DNA from: Octopus vulgaris
Taxonomy: Eukaryota
Direction: 5' to 3'
Assembly (NCBI GenBank): GCA_951406725.2
Contig: OX597815.1
Location: 185,442,001 to 185,506,000 of the forward strand
DNA: 64,000 nt
Shown here: one piece after another, positions 53,039 to 64,000 of the stretch
Layout of the letters: each line of letters starts with the position of its first letter
Position numbering within the stretch: the first letter of the stretch is position 1
The notes under the pieces: model-generated
The model's database searches: none
Seen by the model: only the letters and a program-made list of their open reading frames with translations
What the model was told of the DNA's origin: nothing
Position numbers and translations under genes: made by a program

Positions 53039-55327
53039 TAATTATTTTAAATATTGCAACATAATATGAAGTGAATGGTAGAGGTTCATTGGAGAATCTC
53101 TCTTGAATTAGTAAAGCAAGTATTCTACAACTAGAAATCTTTGTTTAAACTAGAATATAATAAAATCAAACGACAGTGATTCTTAATATTGAGTAGACTG
53201 AATCAGAACAATGCATGTTGCTTATTGGAATCAGAGCATAGAAAGAAATAAAGATTTAATACATAATAATCCTTTTAACGTTAGAACAGAGAAAAAGAGA
53301 GAAAATTATAGGAAAGAGAGACTGAAATGATGATGATTAATGTAAAGAATTTTGATGCTAATTGAGAAAAATACTGTGCTACAGAAGCCTTTTGTTTTAG
53401 TTTTCATTAATTTAAAGTTTTATCAATGTGGTTTAAGAATAGCCAGGAAGATTTAATTACAATTCATTTTGTGCATTTTTTTTAAAGTTCAGCTAATATA
53501 GAGAACAGAATTGTCTTTTCATGTTGAATTTTAAGTTATATTAAATCTTGAGTTAATTTAAGCTATTCACAAAGAAAGACAGTCAATTATAGAAAGACTC
53601 TCCAGTTCTAAGTGGGATATTTTCATTCAACATTTTTTGGAAAATATTTCAAAATTTACTGAAGTAAGCAACTAACTGGAAACAATGGAAGCAAAATAAT
53701 GAAATAATTTTGCTCTAATTTTGTTTTCCAAGAGGTAAAATATTAAACTTAAACTGAAAATTTTTGAGAGGAATGATTTCTCAGAGAAGAATTTTTGAGA
53801 GGAATTTCTCAGAGAAGCAAAGTTCCTTTGTCACACAAATAACAAAACAACAACGAAAACAAAAAAGAGGATAATAAAAAATATGATATTTCCAACAATA
53901 TTTTTATATTTATGATTTTTATTCAACAAATTTCATGTTTTTCCAAGATTTTTACATGTATAACAAATAACAATAGAAAGATCTACAAAACACATCAAAT
54001 GACTGGAAATGACTTCTGGATGAATTTAGGTTAAACAAACACCAGATCCATAAATATAACAAAAACAAATTTTTATCCATGAAATAAAAACAGAAATATC
54101 TCATGAAAATTCAAGATAGGAAAATAATTTTATAAAATGTCTATTAATGTTGTAAGGGTTATTCAAATTACAAAAATTCAGACATAAAATTGGATATAGG
54201 ACAATCCTTTTTGATTGTATGGATGAATTAATTTTTAAAATATTAAGTCACTGTCAATACATTGGAACAGTATAATTAAAGGGAAACTGTTCAAATATGA
54301 TGAGAAAAAAAGTAGCAAGAAGTAAATAGACTTTAATAAATGAAAATTTGCACAATACTGAAACAGAGAAATAGGCAGATTGAAATTCTTGTGGAATGAA
54401 AAATAGCAAAATAACAGTGTGGAATGGTAAAGGAAAAAAAACCTAAAACACAATAACTTGTCAGGCACATCATCTAAATCTACCCTAATTGAAATGTAAT
54501 TTATTAAAGAATATTATAACAATACATTAAAACATATTTTGGTTTATTTTTCAGTTTTGATTTTATTCTCAAATATCTCATTCAGATTTTTTGTGACGTA
54601 ATACAATGAATTATGGAATTAATTAAATGAAATATATTGAACATTTTATCTACAAACTTGGGACTGAATTCTGCAATCTTTCATAATCAGAGAAATAAAT
54701 TCTAATAATTTTTCTTAGGAACTGCAGTGATTTTTTTTTATTTTTAAATTTTTTTTTGCTATTCTTTTCTTTAAAATTTGAAATCGTGCATAAAAATATA
54801 TCTAAGTTAATTCCCTGAAATTGGCATGACATATAGGCAATACATTACACACACACACGCACATGTATATAGACATGTGTGAAAACATAAGCGAAAAACA
54901 AGGTGGAGAGAATAGTAATTGAATACCAAAGGTAGAGTAAAATATAGTATCTTATTGAAGCTGAAAAACTTCACAAATTGTTACAATGTCTCACATAATT
55001 GACCGTCAGACAAAAGTGATTTCTTGGAAAAATACAATCCATTTTATTGTTCCAAAAGTTTCCTTTTTTTCAGCTGATCAATAATGTGGCACTTAAAGAA
55101 TAGTTCATGATGTTATTCAACTTCAATAAAATACTAATGTATATATATGTGTGTGTATGCACACAAATATGTGCCTAAAGATATATATATATATGTACAC
55201 ACGTGTGTGTTTTCATATACACATACATAACTATACACACACACATATATATATATACATACAGAAATATGTGCATATGTATGTACATCTGTATACGTGT
55301 ATGTGTGTGTTTATATATATATGTGTA

Positions 55328-55373
<46 letters not shown>

Positions 55374-56979
55374 TATATATATATATACACATATAACTAC
55401 ACATAACTATACATGTGTGTATATATATGTGCAGAGATTTGTGAGGATGGAGAAGAGAGAAAGAGAAGAGGGACATAAAATTTGAAATGAGACACTGAGA
55501 CTTGTTTAGAAAGATAAAATTCATATCTCAGAGTATTAAATGCAGTTTTAATTTCACATTTACAGGTATGAGTTGAGTATTAGTGCAATTTGGTTTTGAA
55601 ATAGCAAAATGGTTACTAATCTAACAGATAAATTCTTGAAGTAGTATTTAAATATAGTATGAAAGCATATAAAAGAATCAATGAAGATTTCTAAAATTAT
55701 ATTGAAGTGTCAAAGATTAAATTTTAAAAGAGGAACGATACAAAGAGGACTATATTGTAAAACTATGGAGACGTGTTTTAAAAAATATAAAAAAATATAT
55801 AAGTTTTCAGAGAACGTTGAAGGATGATAATAAAGGTATATGAGAAGTTTTAAAACGTATTCTCAGCAGCGAATTCACAAGCCAATTTTTGTTAAAATAT
55901 AAATTTGCAGATAATGCTAACTGCTTAGTGTTTCATAAATATTAAAATAAGAGAAGACAAATAAGATTACTAACTACTATCTAATATCTATTTGAAGAAA
56001 ATTCATGATAATAGAATTAATGTAGAAAACGGTAAAGAAGAACAAATTAAAAACAATTATTTTCAAGTATTTTTGTTGTTTTTGTTTTCCTTATTCCAAG
56101 AGGCCAGATTTCATCCAATATGAAAGAACATGAATATAGAAACAAGAAGTTAAATTAGAAGGTGTAATAATATCAAGAACCGTGTACCAAATGTATATTA
56201 GTCCCTTGTAACATAGAAACTGGATATTTTAGAATCTATATGTAGACTGGATGACAAAGATGAAAATCCTTAGTTATTAGTGATGCTTTATTCTAAGCTG
56301 TGCTCAGTTCAAAAAGCAAATCATAACTAAAACTCTTATAAATTTAGAAAAACAGGTTTATCACTCAAAATGTCTTCTAACTTTGCGTTCATTCATATTT
56401 CATTCTAATCTATTATTTTATTCATTTTAAACAACAACAACAAGAAAAACAAACAATTCATACTATTCAGAAATTTTGTAATGACTTGAATAATGTAATT
56501 TCTGATTTATTTTGTCATATATATACATATGTGCATGTGTATATAAACGATCATATGCCTATAAATGTGCATGCGTCTGAGTGCTCAAAATTAACTTTAT
56601 CCTTCTGCTTGTATAATTACTATGACAAAATAAGATGCACACACACAAGTACATACATCCTATATCTCTCTATTTATTTGTTTATCTATCTATATAGCTA
56701 TATTGCTGTGTATACACACACACACAGATAAATAGGTATTCTTTTGTATATCAAATCCTTGATATAAATATTTTATTATATAAATGTTCTTGAAACCAGA
56801 TTCAACAATTTATTTCTTCAAACTCACCAGTCAAGCATCATTAGAGCTTCTCCTTCCTATTCTATGCTGACACAAGTGGATACTTTCATAATAAAAAGCA
56901 ATCTGTTTCGATACCAATATATTTTAATTAGATCTAGAATACAAGTTACCTACTGTTTTGAATGTGCTTTATATAATTA

Positions 56980-57211
56980 TTTCTTTATTGCCCACAGGGG
57001 GCTAAACATAGAGGGGACAAACAAAGACAGACAAAGGGATGAAGTCGATTACATTGACCCCAGTGCATAACTGGTACTTATTTAATCAACCCCGAAAAAG
57101 GATGAAAGGCAAAGTCAACCTCGGCAGAATTTGAACTCAGAACGTAACGGCAGACACAATACCACTAAGCATTTCATCCGGCGTGCTAACGTTTCTGTCG
57201 GCTCGCCGCCT
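56980..57211 (-). mobile_element. SINE family B, full length
   Basis: ttctttattgcccacaggggctaaacatagagggg...ggctcgccgcct. Confidence 0.9.
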
Positions 57212-57239
57212 TTATATATTATTGAAGCTGAAATATATT

Positions 57240-57598
57240 CAATAAAGTGATAGCATGTTGTCAACTTAATGTGACAGTCCCATAAAAGGAAAGAATGCTA
57301 CTGTTATTTAACCCTAGGAAACACCATTTCCTGTTGGACTTGACACATTTCCTCTGCTTTTATCTTTTCAAAGGCAGATAGGCATCGACAGCTAGTAAGC
57401 CATGCTACTCCAGACTGATAATGAGCAATGACTCTAAGACTATTCTCTGGGTGCTGGCTTTGCTGGGTGGAGGTGCTGGTCTCCACTTTGAAAACATAAG
57501 GACACAGGAAACGGTGTTTCCTAGGGCTAAATAACAGTAGCATTCTTCCTTTTCATGGGACTGTCACATTAAGATGACAACATGCTATCACTTTATTG
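57240..57598. repeat. 95-bp inverted repeat flanking a 169-bp GC-richer spacer
   Basis: 57240-57334 versus 57504-57598, about 5 differences. Confidence 0.85.
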
Positions 57599-58563
57599 TG
57601 CTGCTACTGCATAGATCTCTCTGAGAGATTTAGAAATATATTATTTCTATTTTGAAATATATTCTTTTCTAATTAATTTAATATTCACCAAATATTGACA
57701 GAAGAGTTTTCATTTTAATGAATTACAAATAAGCAGCAATTACCTCAAACAGTACAAGACAAAAAAGAAAATATCTTCAAACAATATTATCTACTTCACA
57801 AGAACAGATAATTCTAGTGATGGAGATAATCTTGAAGATTATCTTTTACTGTTTGGAATTCCATAGCAAAAGAAGGTAAATTACTACTCAACAATGCTAT
57901 TATTCACAGAGTCACTATTTCACTAACTTTTCAAATGCTTTTGGGAATGGTATGTCACAATTTCCAAAACCTCAACTAAAAGTTAATAATGGTGATCTAT
58001 TATTGGAGAATTCTGATAACAAAGTGTGAAGACTTTAACTATGGACATTAGATAAGAGCGTATGGAATACATAAATAATCATACTATATATCCATAGGTA
58101 TTTGAGGGAGGATTTAAACAAGGACATTCAAATACCTATATACCATGAATCTGTTAAGTTTTGTTGCAGTTATCTATAATTTCATTTTCTGAGATTCATA
58201 ATTTCAGCACTATTAGCTATAAACCACAACAATGAAATCATACTTGATATATAATACCAGTTTGGAAATTGAAAATTCTATCAATAGTTTTTGTGAATTA
58301 TATTGTATAACTATGTACAACAATAAAATTTATGAACATCAAAACAACAGCCGCAAGAGTAAAAGTTTGAAAAATGTAAACTTCATACTTATTCTATGCA
58401 CAACACAATATAAATGAGAAGTTAAAACATTATAAAGCAGCATTGATGTTTGGATTCCTATTCCAGAAAAAAGTGAAACCTCAAAATGATTAAATATATT
58501 TCAGTTACCCTTAAAACTCATATGTAAGAAATATAAATGTATACACACACATATATGTACAAC

Positions 58564-58594
<31 letters not shown>

Positions 58595-58673
58595 TTGTGT
58601 ATAAATATATGTTTGTGTATATATATGCATGCATATATGTATATATATATGCATATATATTTGTGTGTGTCTC

Positions 58674-58704
<31 letters not shown>

Positions 58705-58866
58705 TTCTATGCATATGCCTCTGATTATATATATTTGTACCTATCTCCATCAACATACACATATATCTGTGAATACATATTAGTAAGTGAACATGAGTAA
58801 GCATTCCTATGTGCAAATCAGCATTTATGCATATGTGTATCTAAATAAATATATTATATATATGGG

Positions 58867-58904
<38 letters not shown>

Positions 58905-58907
<3 letters not shown>

Positions 58908-59544
58908 TATTATCCTTCTCTTCTCCACTTTTGCCCGACCCCACCTTGAATACTGCTGTCCACTGTGGTCTCCCTACACAAAGCAAAATATTATGAGAAT
59001 TGAAGCTCCCCAAAGGTCAATCACAAAAAAGATAGATGGCATGTCAGACCTTGACTACTGGGGTAGACTAGAGAAGCTGAAATTGTATTCACTCCAACGA
59101 CGCCGTGAACGCTACATTATCTGTATGATGTGGAAAATATTCCATCAGCACTGTCCGAATGATGTTGGCATCACCTTCAAAATGCATCCAAGGCTTGGAC
59201 CACGTGCCATCCGTCCACAACAAAAATCTAAATCGCATCACATAACAACAATACGGCACAACTATTTCACCTCAATTGGACCCGCTCTCTTCAACATTAC
59301 ACCAGGACACGTCAAAAAAGAAACTGACCACACAAAATTCAAGAAGTCTTTGGACAAATTCCTTCAAACAGTACCGGACAAACCAACCACACCCGGATAT
59401 GTCTCCGCAAACAATAACTCTCTGCTCGAATGGGCCTTGGTGCCCAAATCCTGAACTGAAAGACTTCGCCAGGTGGTGCTATTAAGTTAGACATGGCCTG
59501 GGCCAATACTGGCCAAAACCTTTCTAAGTTATTCTAAGTTATAA
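58905..59544 (+). mobile_element. CR1-type LINE 3' end with intact reading frame
   Basis: Frame open from ~58912 to 59454: ILLFSTFARPHLEYCCPLWSPY...RLEKLKLYSLQRRRERY...FKKSLDKFLQTVPDKP. Tail ttctaagttattctaagtta. 5'-truncated into a microsatellite. Confidence 0.9.
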
Positions 59545-59655
59545 GCACATACATATATAGATATGAATATGGATAAATATGTATCTATATTAAAGATATA
59601 CATATGTGTATGTATATAAATATGTATATATATATATATGTTTTTATAAATTGTG

Positions 59656-59693
<38 letters not shown>

Positions 59694-59706
59694 TTTATAA
59701 ATTGTG

Positions 59707-59746
<40 letters not shown>

Positions 59747-60160
59747 TATAGATATATACATATAGATATATGCATGTAAGTATATGAATACATGTGACTG
59801 TACATACATAGTACCATATAAGTGGATATATGCATATTGATATGCACAAGTATGCATGTATATAAATATATATATATTTATATTCATATAGTTATGTGTA
59901 TGTACAGGTACGAAAACACACATACTTTTATATAATATATATATATGTCCGTATGTATGTACATGTGTATATATTCATGCAGAATAGCTCATTCATGCAA
60001 TAATGCAACAACACCCTAAAACCAAGGGGGGGATAACATATGATTCCCCATGGACATAAGACCAGTGGGCAGTAGTTCCACCAAAGTCATCTCTTAAAAT
60101 AGAATAACAATAAACACTTGCAAATAGGGATAAAAAGTGTGATGATTAAAGGTATGATTT

Positions 60161-60206
<46 letters not shown>

Positions 60207-61704
60207 GAGAGAGAAAGAGAGAATGAGAGAGATGTATGATATGAATGCATATGAATATGTATATGTATATACATATATCTGTGTCTATGTAAGTGTATAT
60301 AGCCCTTTCCACAATCCATATGAATGTCTCCAGTATGTACATAAATTCTCTAATCATTCTAAGTCCATTATCAGTAGCCTAATGAAAATTATATCGATTA
60401 AGATTTTGTTCCTCTCAACCAGCAAATAGATCTTTAATTATATTGCTGAATATTTTAATGAGACTTTGAGTAGGAGTATCCATAAGGAGAAAATTAGATA
60501 TATTATGGGCGCTAGCTTAAAAGAGACAATTACTCATAGGACTAATCTAATGATCTAATGAATAACAAATATTTAAGACTAGTATTTATAAACTGATACA
60601 GCAAATGTCGATGAGGATTCATAAGGAACATCTAACTTAAAGAGTAAGAATAATTGTAATCCTTGTGGTGGTTATTTTAAGAAATAGAAAGTGGAACATT
60701 GCCTGGTATAAGCCACCTTACTATAAAGAAATGAAAACACCCACTGCAAAGATCCTCTTTCAAACAGAAGGAATTTTCTGCCACAGCACATACCATTAAA
60801 CATTTAGTAAAAGCTTTGACTGGTTCAACTACAAGCTTCATTAACTCAAATAGAATTAAATTAAATAGACAAGATAACTATACACAATCAGGATCAAAGT
60901 AGGGAATAAGATCATTAAAAAATTGAATACCACAAAATTAAATCATGAACCTTATATCTTGCCTGCTCTAACTAGGAAACTATCAATGGATGTTACAAAT
61001 AGCCCTGGAATCTCGAAGTTGGATATTGTCCACTCCAAGTGTCAGTGGTATGAACTGCATTATTCTTGTAATTTATTACATCCCAGTATACATGCTTATT
61101 TACTCTTAATAGTAGGGAGAATCTTCTTGATAGTAATAATCATGATTACAACTGTAGAAGTTCTAGAAGGTGCCCTTTAGATGGGAAATGCATACATTAT
61201 AAATACGGTATGTAAATGCACTGTAGAAATAAAATATCACAAAGATTTAACTACAAAAGTGCAATCACTCTTTGTTAATTGAAAATTCAAATTTTCTACC
61301 TTTCTAACTGAATATATTTTCAGTTGAAAGTCTAAGAGAGTTGAGTTTAAGACTAACTGCTCTTTTAATAATTCAGATAAACCTTACCAAAGAAAAAAGT
61401 CAAGGATGTTGCTTATGCACTCAAGATTCTTATGGCTAATAATCAATACCTATCAAATATGCAAAATGAATTAGTTGCTAAAGTGGTTCATTAGTAACTA
61501 CATTATGCTGAGGTAAAAGTTATTAATTAATCAATTGTGGGTTAAAAATATGTTTCATAAAATATAGTCCAACTTCACACTATATGAACTGATGGTACAG
61601 TATTGGTTTCCATAATTAATTTTTTTCATTCTTAGCTATTTTGCCGTTTTTAGCTTTAACTGGTTTGTAAATTATTCATTGTTGTTGTTAATGTTATTAT
61701 TGAA

Positions 61705-62160
61705 ATAGCAAGCTAGTGAGAATCAAACAAAAGGCTTATGGGCATTTTTTCCAGTTCTTAACATTTTGAGCTCAAATCTCAAGGTCAGCCTTATGTCCTT
61801 CTGTGGTCAATAAAAAGAAGATTCTATCAAATGGGCCAATCTTATAAACTAATCATCCACCACTGAAATTGCTGGCCTTGGACAAAAGTCTGAAATGATT
61901 GTTATTATTATTATTATTATTATCATTATCTTTCTTATTATTGAGTCAGAGAAAGGCAGAATTGTTAGCATGCCTGGCGAAATGCTTAGCTGTATTTCGT
62001 CTGCTGCTATGTTCTGAGTTGAAATTCCACTGAGATGGACTTTGCCTTTCATCCTTTTGGGGTTGACAAAATAAGTACCAGTTATGCACTGGAGGTTTAT
62101 ATAATCGACTAGGCCCTCCCCAAAAAATTTCAAAGCCTTGTGCCTAGAGCAGAAATAATT
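61705..62160 (+). mobile_element. Two SINE family B copies (degenerate 61705-61895; better preserved 61950-62160)
   Basis: ggcagaattgttagcatgcctggcgaaatgcttagc...gcctttcatccttttggggttgac. Confidence 0.75.
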
Positions 62161-62812
62161 ATTATTGAGTGAAAGAGCAGTGCATGCCCAAATTTGAATC
62201 TCTTATCATTTTTGTTCCCATCTATAAAAGAATGCTGGTCCTGATATTATTCTGTCATAAGTTTCAACACCAGTACATATACCATATACAAATGAGTACT
62301 TTTAATATGTATCAGAAGGCCAAATGTGATATGTTGGGTGTTTTTGGGCCTTCCCTTTTTAATTCACCATGGCTATGGTTCAATAATTTCCTTAGTATTG
62401 GCCTTGTTCAGTCTCTAATTTGATATCACATTATCTTATAATGTCTGGAATTTGATATCATATTATCTTGTACAGTCAACAAGCTTTCCACTTTATAATA
62501 ATTCAATTATGGATTTTAACATTATTCTCATAGTTACCTTTATTTTTACATTTCATTTTTTCAATTTCCTTTCTTTGATTATGTTTTTATTTTTCACTTT
62601 CATATATTTTATATTCTTTATTTCTTTTTTGTTTTCAATTCATTTCACAGTTTGGTGGTCCTTTTACTCTTTATTCTAGGTTCCTTAATCTTCCATGCAT
62701 TATCACTTAGACATTATCAAGAAACATTTTGTTATCCTTGTTTCCTACTTGTCTTCATTTTTGATTTACTTGTTTGTTTTAATTTGTACACTTTATTTTC
62801 ATATTTTTATTT

Positions 62813-63025
62813 GCATTTAAAGTGGTCATATCAGGGCCAAGTACTCTACATGTTTTATGTTCAAATGGACCCGATCTGGCATCTCACACCTACTCTACAA
62901 TGCCATTCTAAAAATAAGCAACTAAATCATTGAAATCTCAAAGCTACAAAATAATGCACAATCAATTCAAAGCAGTATGAATAAATAAGTATTGTACTTG
63001 ACAGAGTAATTTCAATACTAAAGGG
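62813..63025. mobile_element. piggyBac-type MITE, one end decayed
   Basis: Ends ...gacagagtaatttcaatactaaaggg|TTAA and resembles a common octopus repeat as I recall it. Confidence 0.55.
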
Positions 63026-63319
63026 TTAATTTTGAATTTCTAATCTCTACTGCCTTTCAATTTTTATAACTATTTATATAATTACTTATCACTTCTGTAA
63101 TTGTTTGCATTTTTTTAGCATAATTCTATAGCACATAAGAGCAATATTTTCAACCTGTTTTATAATTTGATCTCTCCATCTGATGAGATGTTTTCTGTTT
63201 TAGTATAAGATAAATAGAATTATTGTAATGAAGGACCTCAAATATCAATAACTTGTTTTATATGATTATTCAACTATATATAAACACCTGTTTCTCTCCT
63301 CATTCCTGATCTCTCTCTC

Positions 63320-63740
63320 TCTAGCCGGGTAATCTTGTACTCCTCTACAGCAAGACACCTGTTTCTGTATCTCTGTCACAATATAACCTTTCATTATCTA
63401 ACATTAGATCACCTCCTCCAATGCCCACCACACCTGCTAAGAGGATTTTTGTGTTGCAAGTTATTTGGTGGCCCTGCTAGTGCTGATGCCACATAAAAAG
63501 CATCCACTCCACACTGTAAAGTGGTTGGCATTTTGCCAAAACTGACCTTACTTGTGCTTGTGCTATGTAAACAGCACTCAGTCCACTCTGCTAAGTGGTT
63601 GGTGTTAGGAAGGGCACCCAGTCATAAACACCCTGCTAAAACAGACACAGAAATCAGATGCAGGCTCCTGCCTGTCCAGCTTCTGTTAAATCATCTAACC
63701 CATGCCAGCAAGGAAGGTAGACAATAAACAACAATGATGA
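63320..63740 (+). mobile_element. Old RTE-tail-bearing repeat
   Basis: aagtggttggtgttaggaagggcacccag...aacccatgccagc...aatgatga. Confidence 0.6.
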
Positions 63741-64000
63741 TATATACATTTATACTTATGTATATTTATACTTATATATTTGTCTGTGCTTATATATAAC
63801 TATATATATTATATATCATATGTATAGAGACTTTCATATGTGAATAGAAGTTTAAACTGCTCATTCATTCACACATATAAGCAGGTATACAAAAAACATT
63901 CGAAAGATGAAATCTAAATGAAGGTGAAATTTTCAATATGAATAAAATTACTTAGCTTGTGTAAATAATTATCAATTAAGTAATTCCTCACCTGTTTTAT

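Noticed and set aside
53755-53818. Short tandem duplications here and at 34890-34950, 48210-48260 and 59620-59740 as CRISPR-like arrays
   Set aside because: Eukaryotic slippage duplications without unique spacers.
58094-58139. 12-bp inverted repeat ataggtatttga/tcaaatacctat
   Set aside because: Too short and AT-rich to distinguish from chance or local template switching.
1022-63727. The many 60-170 aa ORFs rich in YI/IY/CV/HT repeats, and ORFs overlapping SINEs and RTE tails
   Set aside because: They are translations of (TA)n, (TG)n and (CA)n microsatellites or of non-coding repeats, with no protein motifs.
63985-64000. Minus-strand CAG|GTGAG donor-like site at the window edge as the end of the previous complexin exon
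   Set aside because: Only ~9 exonic bases are visible, and they do not match the expected acidic ...DDEFA-K sequence.

Overview
Very AT-rich, microsatellite-dense eukaryotic DNA, most likely a coleoid cephalopod (Octopus), inferred from recalled SINE/LINE families and a squid-like complexin exon. The only host protein-coding sequence I can support is the last coding exon of complexin/synaphin on the minus strand (34427-34530), encoding xFPTNLSDLTSKVSELPQKMAASVGEVTEKCSLQ* with a terminal CAAX box. It is missing from the ORF track, and its upstream exons were not found in the window. Most of the window is therefore probably complexin intron and 3'UTR. A GTAAGT donor 14 nt after the stop, a good acceptor at 14948 and a ~12 kb transposon desert containing canonical minus-strand poly(A) signals near 6.1-6.2 kb suggest a ~19.5 kb 3'UTR intron and a ~8.8 kb terminal UTR exon. 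The CAAX codons can fold back on the downstream sequence like an ADAR editing substrate. The rest is mobile DNA: several tRNA-derived SINE families, RTE and CR1-type LINE 3' ends, a dead mariner with an internal micro-inversion, a Helitron-type element, piggyBac-type MITEs and several long inverted repeats. One family joins a tRNA-like Pol III head to a Penelope-type minimal hammerhead ribozyme. Nearly all ORFs in the supplied track are microsatellite or repeat artefacts. All structures were read by eye; no folding or database search was run.
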